Shown: positions 10,988 through 24,720 of the stretch, piece by piece
Numbering within the stretch: the stretch's first letter is position 1
Layout: the number at the start of each line of letters is the position of its first letter
Source of the DNA: Chiloscyllium plagiosum
Lineage: Eukaryota
Direction of reading: 5' to 3'
NCBI RefSeq assembly: GCF_004010195.1
Contig: NC_057752.1
Location: 8,889,478 to 8,937,834, forward strand
DNA: 48,357 nucleotides
Translations under genes and position numbers: made by a program
The notes under the pieces: generated by a model
Seen by the model: only the letters and a program-made list of their open reading frames with translations
What the model was told of the DNA's origin: nothing
The model's database searches: none

Positions 10988-12360
10988 TTTGGCATCACTA
11001 ATGTGAAGACTGGTAGAACCAGGAAATGAAAATTGTTCTGATTTTGGACACCTAAACTTTGTTTTAAACATTTGGAGATATAAGGACTCCCTCTAGAATA
11101 TCTGGGCATTTTAAGTGATCTGTAATAGCAAAATACTGACCTATCATTCAAACCCTTGAAATGAAGTTCCTATTTCACTATCAAACAGGGTAGGTTTACT
11201 ACTGTTGATACATACGGAAAAAGGGCTTCAGATTGTCCAAACTCCACTTCTGTTGGTCTCTTGTAGTCAGCAGGTGGCTTTAACCTATAACCCCTGTCCA
11301 CAAGAGTTTCTGCGTGTAGAGCCCAAGTGACCCTTTTCTTAATGGAAATGCTTGGGCAGCCCCCTTTCCAGAAGGTGGCCTGTTTCCTATCACTGGTGTG
11401 AAGCCAGAATACGTCGCAGTACATCCTTTACATCTGCTATATGCTTTAATGTGATTAAATTCTTGTGCTTCACAGACAGTGGTGGATTGACACAAGCTCA
11501 AAGCAAGAGGAAATTCATTATTTCACTCTGTTACACTGGGAAAAGATAAAAGCCGCTCTGGTAATCAAAATGGGATCGTAATCAGTCCATTGAATTCTGT
11601 ACATTTTAGTCTGCTCAGTCACAGTGGACGTTGCCACAACTTGTTAATTTTACATTTATCCCTTTAAAATGTGGGTAGAATCCTTTAATGCTGCTTTAAA
11701 AATAAACTCTAGATTCACAGTTGTACCTCCTCAGATTCCTTCTGGAAACATTGTGTATAAGAATAATCGGTGTCTGAGCAAATTAATTTCCTTTTGGCGG
11801 TTGGGGGTGATGGAAAGAGGGAAAAGAAACAGACTTCAATCAATCTAAAAACATCTGGCCAACCCCTACAAAATAATGTTGCAGGATATTTCATGCTCGG
11901 ATTTGGTCCATTGATAGTGCATTCACCTTCAGGTCATTACATTGTGGTTAAGTCCCACACCAGGACTGAAGCGCTTGATCAAGGGGTCTGACTCTTTATG
12001 TAAGTAACGTTCCATCCTGAGGATAAGACACAAAGGCAAGCAATCATCTGTCTCCGTGGGTGGGGTGTGTGTGTGTATCACGGTGGCACTGTGAAAGTAA
12101 AGTTCTGCTTTCAAATGTACTCTGCCTGACTGATATTGACAGTAGATTTTCCAATTGGTGTTATTTTAATGCTGGTGCAAATGAATAGATTAACACAAGT
12201 TCAATTTCACCAATTTGGAAAATCTAGAAGGTTGCACACAAGATGGAAAGGGCACCGTTTCCCAGCACACTCATCTCTCACCCTAGAACATAAAATTTAC
12301 AAGGAAAATAATCTCTTGTAAAATATTGACAGTCTTTCAAATCTGGATTGTCTTGTATAG

Positions 12361-12533
12361 GTGCATTGAACAGAGATTCAAGCGTTGCCCTCCTCTACCT
12401 TCAACCAGTGTGATTATAGTGTTCCACAATGAGGCCTGGTCCACCTTGCTGAGGACAGTCTACAGTGTGATGCATACCTCTCCAGCCATACTCCTCAAGG
12501 AAATCTTGTTAGTGGATGATGCCAGCACAGATG
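12361..12533 (+). CDS. GALNT6: GALNT6 coding exon 2 (173 nt)
   Basis: tgtatag|[59 protein letters not shown]|gtgagt; phases match neighbours. Confidence 0.95.
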
Positions 12534-12824
12534 GTGAGTTTTAGCAATTCAACAACACTGCATTTAAAATGCCTTGTGCTTAAAGTCAAAACAGAAACTT
12601 TTTTTATGAAAATGGAATTATAATATTTTATAATTGCTAATCGTATTTGTTCTATGTAGCAAAAATTTAATAACAGACACTTAAAGCCTTCTTTTTTCAG
12701 ACCATGGCACCGGCAGCATTCCCAGTGGGTCAACAGGTGAAAGCATTCCCAAGTCTCTGCTTATAATTGAATCCCTCATCTCTGATAAACATCCAAGTGA
12801 ACCTACATTGTACCTACTGTGCAT

Positions 12825-13378
12825 TCGGAAACATGGAGCAGGCCATTCAGCCCTTTAAGCCTGGTCCATCTTTCAATAGGATCATGGTTGATCTTCTATC
12901 CCAATACCATATTCCCACTTGAGCTCCATATCCATTGTTGCCTTTAATGCCCAAAGAAAGATCTCTTTCTTTAATATGTTCAGTGACTTGATCTCCACAG
13001 CTGTGGTAGAAAACTCCACAGATTCACTATCCTTTTGAGTGAAGAAATCTTTCCTTTTCTCAGTCCTAAATGGCCTACCTTGTATTCTGAGACTGTGACC
13101 TCTGGTGCTAGGCTTCCCAATCAGGGAAAATATCCTCCTTGTGTCTAGTCAGTCCAACCCTGTTAGAAATTTCTATGTTTCAATCAGATCCTCTGTCATT
13201 CAAAACACTAGTGAACACAGGCCCAATTGAACCAACCTCTCCTCATATGACAGACTTGTTACCTCTGGCATCAGCCTAGCAAACCACTTCTGCACCCCCT
13301 CTTTTATAGTCTTCTTATAAGGGTACCAAACACTACACCCAATACTTCAACTGCAGTTTGACTTTGGTCTTGTACAAG
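12825..13378 (-). mobile_element. CR1 LINE 3' fragment, second subfamily
   Basis: ggagcaggccattcagccc...aataggatcatgg.tgatc, similar to the starts of 16672 and 46676. Confidence 0.8.
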
Positions 13379-15852
13379 TTGAATATATCTACTTTTTTTT
13401 TTCTTTTTTCTATCTATGACAGTGTGGATGGACCACGAGGTCTTTTCCTGTCTGTCAAATGTCTCCATGCTTGATATTTTTACATAGGAAAGGAGACTCC
13501 TTGGTTTCCTATTTTATTTCTTCATTTACTTCTGCTGACTCCTTCGAAAAAACTTGTACATCTGCTCTTCTCTTCCATTTAAAGTCTCAACATGTAAAGT
13601 TTGCTTCCTTCCCTTATTCTTTTTTTTCAAAAATATCCTTGGACCTTTTTTTTCTTTTAGTGAAATGTCTGTCTGCTCAAAGGAGCATTTTGGGCCAAAC
13701 AGTCTTTTACTTCGCATTTTTATTGAATTGCCATTAGTAATGGCAGCTGGAAAAAGTGGAACAGCATTCTATTCCCTAGCATTGACATCACTGTTCTTGA
13801 CATACATAGAATCTTCCACGTAGTTGGCACTGCAATGGGTCAAAATGCTTGATAAAGGAGTTCCAGATATCAGGTATTTTCAATGACAGAAAATCTGCTT
13901 CAAACTGATTCTACTGATGATCCCCCACCCTCTGGGTATTGTGCTCAGTTAGTAGTGGATGGAGAACATAAGTTTTATACAGAAGCAAGGAGTAATAACT
14001 AAACCTTTCCCACCACACCCCCCTCTATTCCACTTTTCAGCAAACCGCATGCTTGGACCTCAGAGGTAATGTCTCTCACATCCTTAGTTGTTAAGCAAAT
14101 ATGGTGGGCAGCCAGAAAAGCTTGAGTAACTTGACAGTTTGAGCAATAAAGGCCAGATTTCCATTCTAGTGCAGAGTTTAGAAGCTGTTGTTCTGGCTCA
14201 CTCTTCAAACTGCACTTTGATCTCTAGAGTGAATAGGGGAAGTGATTGCTGTTGGTTTGTTAATGTCCCACTGATATCCTGCTCCTCCCCCAGCCCAGCT
14301 GCTTTCCTGTTCTCTTGTAGAAATAACGTAACGTCTTGTCAGTTAAATCTGTCTTTGGGTTCCAAATATAGCAGCACAAAGTACTGTGGTTGGTTGAGAC
14401 TTGTTGCTGTGCCCAAGACGATTTTGCTCAGATCATCGTGCAAGTATACCCTATTTCCTGTTGGGTGATTGAGGAGGGAAGGAGAGATTACAAGGTTCTT
14501 GGTAGTCTCATTTTGAGCTTCTGTTTTTTATGTCATGAACAGCATGCAGTTAATTTTTTTAATGTGTTAATCAAAGGAGTATTTGTGCTAGGGAATGAAA
14601 CCTCTGTTTCTAACAATCAGAATCTGGATTAAACCTCTCAGGGCAGGTCCAACATGAGTTTTAAATATAACAAGGATCCCACTACAGTTGGGTACAGGTA
14701 GCAGAAGGAGGTCATTCAGCTCATTATGCCTGTGCCTGCTTCCTGAAAGACTGATCAACTTTGTCCCTTTCCCCAACACAAACAAATTCTGCTTGTGCCA
14801 TGTTTATCGCGGAGCTTCCTGTGTGTTGAGAAACTTTGGCATTTAAAAAAAAATCGTAAATTCCCCTATTGTTCTTTTTGGAACCTATTTTAAATTCATT
14901 TCTTTTAACCAAAATATATTTGCAGGAATATATTTTTGCAAATTTCTGTCACCAGTATGATAACATACTGGAATACTGATCCAGAAGTTTGAATAAATGA
15001 TCTGGACAGTGGGGGTGGGGGAAGGGTTTGGGAGAGGAGAAATGTAGGCTTACAAAGCAAGAGGTACCGGAGCATTACAGGGCAGCTACTTGGATAATGA
15101 TAATGAGTGGGACAGGAAGGGTCAGAACATACAAACATTGCAAACACCTATATATAGGAACAAAAGGGGAAAAAGTGGGTTAAAACATCAAAATTAATGG
15201 CTCTTCAATGCACATAGTATTTTGAACAAAATAGATTAATTAATGACACAAATACAGGTTAGCAGGTGTGAACTAATAGCACAATGGAGACGTAATTACA
15301 AAGAAATCAAAGATAGATCAAAACTAAATATTGTCCAAAGGATCAAGGATTCTGGGTAATCAAAGATGGAGTACAGGAAAAAATTGTGGCTGTAAGAGCT
15401 GTTCTTTTTTTTGAGATATTTTAGGTGTTGGAGGTGATTTCCTCGAATTCCAGGTGCAGCAATTACTGTTTTATATACAGTTGCATTGCTTTGCAACTTT
15501 GGGAGGAAAAAGATCAAAACAGCAGCACTTTAAAAAGGAAGACAGATAAAGGCAGTGGCCACATGGTGAGAGAAAGAAACCTATGCTACTGTCTGGCACA
15601 GCAGTGAATCTACACTATTACTACCTTTGCTGTTTGAGTTCAAGTATCTCTGGACATCACAGTGCGTCTAGGGAAAATGAACAAACAGCAAAATTCACAG
15701 CTGACCTTGGAGGAAACTATGTGGGAAAGCTCACAGCACAGGAACAGATAAGTGCATAGTTTTAAGTATAATCTTGCTATAAATCTACAATAGTGAGGAC
15801 AGGGGGTTCTTTCTTGATTATATGTTTTATTGAGAACTGTCTCTCGATTAAT

Positions 15853-16330
15853 ATTGTGTGCAATTCTGGTGTCCCTCCTATGATGTTTCATGGATGTTGT
15901 GAAACTTGAAAGGGTTCAGAAAAGATTTACGAGGATTGGAGGATTTGAGCTATAGGGAAAAGCTGAGTGGGCTGGGGCTGTTTTCCCCGGAGTGTCGGAG
16001 GCTGAGGTGTGACCTTATAGAGGTTTATAAAATCATGAGGAGCACAGATAGGATAAACAGACAAGGTCTTTTCCCTGGGGTAGAGGAGTCCAGAACGAGA
16101 GGGAATAGGTTTAGGGTGAGAGGGAAAAAATTTAAAAGCGACTTGAGGGGCAACTTTTCTACACAGAGGGTGGTGCATGTGTGGAATGAGCTGCCAATTA
16201 CAGCATTTAAAAGGCATCTGGATAGGTATATGAATAGGAAGGGTTTAGAGGGATATGGGCCACGTGCTGGCAAATGGGACTGGATTAGGTTAGGATATCT
16301 GGTTGGCATGGATGAGTTTGACATATGATT
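15853..16330 (+). mobile_element. Nested CR1 (HER1-like) 3' fragment
   Basis: ORF 15906-16328 is the ORF2 C-terminus. Confidence 0.88.
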
Positions 16331-16671
16331 GTGAGAAATAACCTTGGATTGGAAGACATAGAATCCAGAAGGGCGAAGGTAAGAAATAAAAAGACACTGG
16401 TAGGAATAGTCAATAGGCTCCCTAACAGAAGCTGAATGGTGGGACAGAATTAATCAGGAGGTAATGAGGGCATGTAACAAAGGCAGATAATGGGTGACTT
16501 TAATCTTCTTTATAGATTGGGATAGTCAGATTGGTAGAGGTCGCCATGAGGAAGAATTTATAGAGTGTATTCGAGATAGTTTCCTGGAACAATATGTTGT
16601 GGATCCAACCAGGGATCAGGCTGTTTTGGATCTGGTAAAATGTAATGAGGCAGGTTTCACCAATGATCTCG

Positions 16672-18085
16672 GAGCATGTAAGAACACAAGAACTAGGAGC
16701 AGGAGTAGCCATCTGGCCCTTTGAGCCCGCTCCACCATTCAATAAGATCATGGCTGATCCTTTCATGGCCTCAGCTCCACATACCCACCCTCTCATCATA
16801 ACCCTTAATTCCTTTACTGTTCAAATAATTATCTATCTTAACTTTAAAACCATTTACTGAGGAAGCCTCAACCACTTCACTGGGCAGGGAATTCCACAGA
16901 TTCACAACCCTCTGGGTGAAGACGTTTCTTCTCAATTTGGTCCTAAATCTGCTCCCCCTAATTTTGAGGCTATGCCCTCTTGTCTTAGCATCACCCGCCA
17001 ATGGAAACATCCTCTCTACTTCTATCTTATCTATTCCCTTCATGATTTTATATACTCCTGTAAGATTCCCCCCTCATTCTTCTAAATTCCAATGAATATA
17101 ATCTCAGTCTACTCAGTCTCTCATCATAAGGCAACCCCCTCAACTCCGGAATGAACCGAATGAACCTCCCCTGCACCCCCTCCAGTGCCAGTACATCCTT
17201 TCTCAAGTAAGGAGACCAAAACTGCACGCAGTACTCCAGGTGTGGCCTCACCAGCATCCTATACAGCTGCAACATAACCTCCCTGCTTTTAAAGTCAATC
17301 CCTTGAGCAACCAAGGACAAAATTCCATGTGCCTTCTTAATTACTTGTTGCACCTGCAGACCAACCTTCTGTAATTCATGCACAAGGACACCCTGGTCCC
17401 TCTGCTGCCATTTTTTACCATTCAAATAATAGTCCTTTTTACTGTTATTCCTACTGAAATGGATGACTTCACATTTATTAACATTGTACTCCATCTGCCA
17501 GACCTTCACCCACTCACTTAAACTATCTGCGTCCCTTTGCAAAGTTTCACAGTCCTCTGCACGCTTTGCTCTGCCACTCACCTGTGTGTCGTCCGCAAAC
17601 TTTGACACATTACATGTGGTCCTCAACTCCAAATCATCTATGTAAATTGTGAATAATTGCGGTCCCAACACTGATCCCTGAGGCACACCACTAATCACTG
17701 ATTGCCAACCAGAAAAGCACTAATTTATCCCCACGCTTTGCTTCCTGATGGTTAACTAATCCTCTATCCATGCTAATACATTGCCCGTAATGCCTTGCAT
17801 CTTTATCTTACATAGCAGCCTTTTGTGTGGTGCCTTGTTGAATGCCTTTTGGAAATCTAGATACAGCACATCTACTGGGTCCCCATTGTTCCCCATGTTT
17901 GTAATGTCTTCACAGAATTTCAAAAGACTGACCTGCCCTTCATGAACCCATGCTGTGTTTGCCCAATGGAACAATTTCTATCTAGCTGCCTTGCTATTTC
18001 TTCCTTGATAATAGACTCCAGCATTTTCCCCACTATGGAAGTTAAGCTAAAATTCTCATCTTTTGTCTACCTCCCTTTTTAAAGA
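16672..18085 (-). mobile_element. Nested CR1, 1.4-kb RT and 3' part
   Basis: SGVPQGSVLGPQLFTIYIDDL, KFADDT, RPHLEYCVQFWSP, LDFQKAF. Confidence 0.93.
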
Positions 18086-19725
18086 GCAAAACGTCCCTCA
18101 GGAAACATTGACCAGAACATGGTAGAATTTAGCATTCAGGTTGAGAGGAAGGAATGTGGGTTGGAAATAACTCTGCTAATCTTAAATAAGGGTAATTACA
18201 AAAGAATGAGAGCAGAGATGACTGGAAAGGACTCTGAAAGGAGTTTAACAGCAAAAATGGTTGAGGAACAATGGCAGATGTTTTAAGAAAACAGTTCAAG
18301 GCTCACAGCAAAGATATATATCCCAGTAAGAAAGAAGGATCCTACGAAAAGGATAAACCAACCATGGTTAACGAGGGAAGTAAAGGCCAGCATTAAATTT
18401 AAAGGAAAAAGACATACCACTAACCATGTCAAATTGCAAGACAGAGAATTGGGCATAGTTTATAGCCATCAAAAGATGACCAAAAAACAAAGATATAGAA
18501 GATAAACTTTGAATGTAAACTGAAAAGAATATCAAGATGTACAGCAAGAGTATCTTTAAATATCTAAAAGGAAGACAGCAGCCAAAGTGAGCATAGACCC
18601 CTTAGGAAATAAGGCTGGGGAAATAAGAACAGGGAATGAGGAACTGGCTGATTTGAATACATGCTTTGCATTGATCTTCACAGTAGAAGACAATAAAAGC
18701 ATTCCGAAATTACTAAATGATCAAGAGGCAAAGGGAGCAGAGGAAATAAATACAAACTATCACAAGAGAAAAAATCTGAGGGAAACTAATGTTAATGTTC
18801 AGTCCCCTGGATCTAATAGGATACATCCTGAGATATTGAAGGAAGTAGCTCTGAGATAGTGGATGCACAGGTAGTAATCTTTCAGGAATTCTTAGATTCT
18901 GGAAATATCCCAGAGGATTGGAAAATGTCAGCTTTTATTTAAAAAGGAAAGGAGACAGAAAACACATAACTATAGGCCGGTAAGTTTAATGTCTGTTATT
19001 GGGAAAATGCTGGTCTGTTATAGATGTAATAACAGAGCATTTAGAAAAACGTAATATGATCAAGCTGAATCAGCACGGCTTTGTGAAGGGTAAACATGCG
19101 TGACAAATTTATTAGAATTCTTTGAGGAGGTAACAAGCAATATGCATAAATAGGAAGCAGTGGATGTAATAGATTTAGATTTTCAGAAGGTGCTTGATAA
19201 GGTCCCACAGGCTCTTAGTAAGTAGTCTGAGGTGTTGGAAGTAAGATGGTAATATGGATAGAGGATTATCTAGCTAATAGAAGAGATTTGGGATAAGGGG
19301 GCATTTTCAGGCAACCTGTAACTAGTGGAGTGTCACAAAGGTCAATGCAGGGGCCACAATTATTTTTAATATATACTAATGACTTGGATGAGGAAGGTGA
19401 ATGTACTATAGCCAGGTTTGCAGATGACACAAAAATAGGTGAGAAAGCAAGTGGTGAGGGTGATGCAAAGAGTCGATAGAGAATGTAGACAGATTGACTG
19501 AGCGGGCGAAAATTTGGCAGATGAAATATAATGTGAGAAAGTGAGTTTGTACATTTTAGCAGGAAGAACAGAGGCATGGAATATTATTTTTAATAGAGAA
19601 AGATTGTAGAAAGCTACAGAGCAGAGATTTGGTACTCCTGGTGCACAAATCACAAAATGCTAACAAAGTTCAGCTGGTAATAGAGAAGGCAAATTGAATG
19701 TTGGCTTTTATATCAAAGGGAATTA

Positions 19726-20808
19726 CAGAACTGGATCAAAGGTAGAAGACAGAGGATGGTAGTGGAGGGTTGTTTTTCAGACTGGAGGCCTGTGACCAGT
19801 GGAGTGCCACAAGGATCGGTGCTGGGTCCACTACATTTCGTCATTTATATAAATGATTTGGACGTGAACATAAGAGGTATAGCTAGTAAGTTTGCAAATG
19901 ACACCAAAATTGGAGGTGTAATGGACAGCGAAGAAGGTTACCTCAGATTACAACGGCATCTTGATCAGATGGGCCAGTGGGCTGAGGAGTGGCAGACGGA
20001 GTTTAATTTAGATAAATGTGAGGTGCTGCATTTTGGGAAAGCAAATCTTAGCAGGACTGATACACTGAATGGTAAGGTCCTCAGGAGTGTTGCTGAACAA
20101 AGAGACCTTGGAGTGCAGGTTCATAGCTCCTTGAAAGTGGAGTTTTATGTAGATAGGATAGTGAAGAAGGCATTTGGTCTGCTTTCCTTTATTGGTCAGA
20201 GTGTTGAGTACAGGAGTTGGGAGGTCATGTTGCGGCTCTACAGGACATTGGCTAGGCCACTTTTGGAAAATTGCGTGCAATTCTGGTTTCCTTCCAATCG
20301 GAAGGATATTATGAAACCTGAAAGGGCTCAGAAAAGATTTACAAGGATATTGCCAGGGTTGGAGGATTTGAGCTACAGGGAGAGGTTGAATAGGCTGGGG
20401 CTGTTTTCCATGGAGCGTCGGAGGCTGAGGGGTGACCTTATAGTGGTTTATAAAATCATGAGGGGCAAGGATAGGATAAATAGACAAAGTATCTTCCCTG
20501 GGGTGGGGGAGTCTAGAACTCAAGGGTATAGGTTTAGGGTGAGAGGGGAAAGATACAAAAGAGACCTAAGAGGCAACTTTTTCATGCAGAGGGTGGTGAG
20601 TGTATGGAATGAGATGCCAGAGGAAGTGGTGGAGGCTGGTACAATTACAGCATTTAAAAGGCACCTGGATGGATATATGAATAGGAAGGGTTTGGAGGGA
20701 TATGGAGTGGGTGCTGGCAGGTGGGAACTAGATTGGGTTGGGATATCTGGTTGGCATGGACGGGTTGGACTGAAGGATCTGTATCCATGCTGTATATCTA
20801 TATGATTG
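19726..20808 (+). mobile_element. Nested young CR1 (HER1-like), RT C-terminal half open for 349 aa
   Basis: TSGVPQGSVLGP...KFANDT (catalytic FADD changed to FAND)...WNEMPEEVVEAG. Confidence 0.93.
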
Positions 20809-20896
20809 TATAAAAATAGGGAAGTCTTGTTAAAACTATGCCAGGCTCTGGTTAGAACACAGCTGAAATGATGTTAACAGTTTTGGCCTCTGAACT

Positions 20897-21133
20897 AACT
20901 CCACAGAGGATGGTATCTGTCACCAAGACATCCTCCATTTACACATAGAAAGTCCTTAACACTGATCCAGTTCTCAGTGAACAGAACCTCTGACGCTCCT
21001 GTTTCTTTTTTTTTATATAGACGCTCCTGTTTCTATCTGTCAGCCAGGGCTCCCTGATTGGACCAGATTAACAGCCCCAATCAGGGAACTCACATTCTAT
21101 GAGGTCGACTTGGTTGACCTCATTACAATCGTG
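20897..21133 (-). mobile_element. Probable LTR fragment nested in the old CR1
   Basis: Non-CR1 insert with internal inverted repeat ccctgattgg/ccaatcaggg and a duplicated gacgctcctgtttct (20992-21006, 21020-21034). Confidence 0.45.
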
Positions 21134-21931
21134 GCACTGGAGGCAGTTCAGAGAAAGTTCACTCAGCTGATCCCGGCTATGGAGAGACAGTCTTATGAGG
21201 AGAGGTTGAGTATGTTGGGCCTGTATTCATGGAGTTTAGAAGAATGAGAGGTGACCTGATTGAAACATACAAGGTTCTTTGGTGACTTGACAGGAGAGAT
21301 GTGGAGAGGTTATTGTTCCTTGTGGGAGAGTCTAGGATCAGAGGGCAGAATCTCAGAATAAAGGGTCGCACGTGAAAGGCAGATGAGAAGGAATTTCTTC
21401 TCTTCGGGTAGTGAATTGGTAGAATTATTTGCCGCGGAGAGCTGTCAAAGCCTGGGCCATTAAATATATTGATGGCTGAGGTAGACTGATTTTTAATCAG
21501 AAAGGGAATTGCGGGTTGTGGGGTAAAGGTGGGAAAGTGGAGTCGAGGGTTATCAGATCGGCCATGATGTCATGGAAGAAAAGATCTGATGGGCTGAATG
21601 GCCTACTTCTGTTCCTTCCTTTTCTGGTAATGTTAATTCAAATTTTGCATCTGAGGAATTTAAATTTAGGCTGGTGAAATCTGATTCACTAAATGTCCTT
21701 TAGGAAAGCAAATCACCCATTCTTGCCTTGGCCTAATCAATATGGGTCTGAAGGGATGTAGTGTTAATCTCACCAACAAGAAATCCAGAGTCCTAGGAAA
21801 ATGCTCCAGGCACACTGATTTCAATCCTATCATGGCAGATGGTGAAATTCAAACTCAATAAAAATCTGGAATTAAAAGCTGGCCTAATGCCAATGACATA
21901 ACCATTCTCTATTGTTGTTCTGGTTACAACA

Positions 21932-22450
21932 TTACAGGAAGGACATAATTTGCTCTGGAAAGAATGTGGAGAAGACTTTACTAGAATGTTGCCAGGGCTG
22001 AAGACTTGTAGCTATGAGGAGAGGTTGGGGTTGTTTTCCCTGGAACTGAGAAGACTGAGGGGGTGACATGATTGAAGTATACAAAATCAGGAGGGGTAGA
22101 GATAAGAGTAGACAGGAGGTATCTGTTTCCCTCAGCAAAGAGTTCAAAAACCAGGAGTCCTTGCTTGAATCTATGTGGCAGAAGGATTAGAAAGAATATG
22201 AGGAATAACGTTTTTACTCAGAGGGTGGGCGGTATCTGGAATTCGTGCTGCCTGAGTTGGTGGTGGAGGCAAAGGCCCTAAGCTCTTAAGTTGCAGATCC
22301 AGGTATTATGTAAGTGCTGTACGCTGCAGGGCTATGGGCTGTGTGCAGGAAGGTGGGATGAGAAAGGACATCTGGGTGTCTTTGGGTCAGCATGGACAAG
22401 ACAGACCGAATGGCCCCCTTCTGTGCTGTATCATTTCTATGGTTCCATAA
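21932..22450 (+). mobile_element. Nested CR1 3' fragment
   Basis: aggaaggacat...tttactagaatgttgccagggct...cagagggtgg...tttctatggttccat tail. Confidence 0.82.
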
Positions 22451-23822
22451 AGAAACCTCTGGGGAAGGAAATCTGTTCTTTCCTGGTTGGGCCTACATGT
22501 GATTTCAGAACCAAAGCACTGCAGTTGAATTTTAACTGCCCTCTGAAATGGCCTAGCAAACCACACAGCTATATCAAACAACTGGCAAAAAAGGAATGGA
22601 CGGGCCACCCAATATTGACCTAGACACTAGAAATGACAACAACAAACCGACCCTGCAAAGTCCTTCTGAGGAGCAGCATGTGTCATAGCTAAAAATGAAG
22701 GGGCAACCTGGTGAAGTAACAACACTGGGTACTTGCATGAAATAATGGGAGCAGCATGCAATCGACAGGGCTAAGGGATTCCACAACCAACAGAATGGAT
22801 CTAAACTCTACAGTCCTGCTACATCCAGTCATGCACAGTGGTGGAATATTAAACAACACACTGAAGAAGGAGACTCCACAAATATCCACATCCTCAATGA
22901 TGGGGAGGGGACAACCAGTACATCAGTCCAAAAGCTGAGACTGAAACATTTGCATCCATCTTTAGCCAGTAGTGCTGAGTACATGATCCATCTCAATGTC
23001 CTCTTGAGATCCTCTGCATCTCAGATATCACTCTTCAATCAATTTGATTCACTCCATGTGATAGCAAAAAGTGATTGAACGCAGTGGACAATGTAAAGGC
23101 TATGGACCCTGATAACATTTGGTGATAGTATTGAAGACTTATGCTCCGGAACAAGCCAAGTCTTGAGCCAAGCTGTTCCATTACAGCTACAGTACTATCA
23201 TCTATCTCTATGGGAAATTGCCCAGGTGTGTCCTCTATACACCACAGGACAAATCCATCCAGTCTACTCTCAATCATCAGTAAAGTGATGGAAGGTATCA
23301 TCAAGCAGCACCTGCTCAACACCCAGATTGGGTTCTGCCAGGTCCACTCAGTTCCTCATTACAGCCTTGGTTCAAACATGGACAAAAGAACTGAATTCCA
23401 GAGGGGAGGGGAGAGTGACAGCCCTTGACATCAAGGCCACATCTGATTGAATGTGGCATCAAGGAGCCCTAACAAAACTGGAATCAGCAGCAATCTAGTG
23501 GAGGAGGAACCTCTCCACTGGTTGGAGTCATGCTTGGCATGTAAGAACATTGTTGTTGTGGCTGTTGAAGGTCCATCATCTCAGCTCCAGGACATTGCTA
23601 CATGAGTTCCTCAGTAGCATCCTAGACCCAAGCATCTTCGGCTGCTTCATCAATGATCTTAAAAATGGGAACGTTCGCCAATGATTCAGCAATGTTCAGC
23701 ACCATTCACGACTCCTAAGTTACTGAGACAGTTCTTGTTCAAAGGCAGCAAGACCTGAAAAATATCCTGGTTTGAGCTGACCATTGGCAAATAAATTCAT
23801 GTCTCACAAATGCCAGGCAATT

Positions 23823-24720
23823 ACACAGAAACCTAGAAAATAGGAACAGGAGTATGCCATTTGATGTGGTCATGGCTGATTATCCAACTGTTTTCCCACT
23901 TACTCCCCATACCCTTTGATCCCTTTAGCCCTAAGAACTATACCTAACTGTCTCTTGACACCATTTGGTGTTTTGGCCTCCACTGTTTCCTGTGGTAGAG
24001 ATTTCATCAGGCTCACCACTCTGGGTGAAGACATTTCTCATGCCCTCAATTGTAAATGGCCTATCCCATATCCTTTAGACTATGAGCCCTGGTTCTGGAC
24101 TCTCTAGTCATTGGGAACGTCCTTCCTGCACTTTCCCTGTCTTGTCCTGGTGGAATTTTATAGGTGTCTATGAAATCCTCCTCATTCTTCTAAACTTCAG
24201 AGAATATAGATTTTTCTTAGATTTTTATTGTCACATACTCAAGTGTAGGAGTACACTGAAAAGTGTACGAAGTTGTCATTCTCCGGTGCTGCCTTAGTGT
24301 ATAAAAGACCGAATTAAAACAGAACCAGAAATACAAGAAACAGCCAAAAGAAAAGGAAATGTCCAGATCACCTTCCCCACCTCTGCCATGGTCCTCCCTG
24401 CCAGCTAAATAAAGCCACAAAGTCTATGCTTCAGTCTGCGAACATTCAGGTGCCCCAATTATAGTCCTCACCAATCCAGTCTCTCTTCATACATTAGTCC
24501 TGTTGTCCAGGAATCAGTCTGATAAATTCTTTGATGTACTCCCTCCATCAACAGAACACCCTTCCTCTGATAAGGAGACCAAAACTGCACACAATACTCC
24601 AGATGTGGTCTCACAAACCCCCTAAATAATTGCAGCAAGACATTCCCCCTCCTGTACTTGAATCCTCTCGCTATGAAGGCCAACATACCATTTGCCGACT
24701 TCACTACATGCTTACTTTCA
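23823..24720 (-). mobile_element. Nested CR1 3' fragment, itself split by an unrelated insert at about 24216-24465
   Basis: ORF 24468-24704 ANGMLAFIARG...RPHLEYCVQFWSPY. Confidence 0.8.

Larger units (their letters stand above)
14930..21630 (+). mobile_element. Old, near full-length CR1 host broken into pieces (about 14930-15360, 16330-16670, 18090-19725, 20808-20895, 21135-21630)
   Basis: Colinear endonuclease (gtgactttaatc...ttcctggaacaatatgtt), RT (tataggccggtaagtttaa, gattttcagaagg, tttgcagatgacac) and C-terminal/tail segments separated by insertions. Confidence 0.75.

Noticed and set aside
19756..20805. 349-aa ORF as an active RT or host gene
   Set aside because: 5'-truncated CR1 ORF2 with the catalytic FADD changed to FAND.
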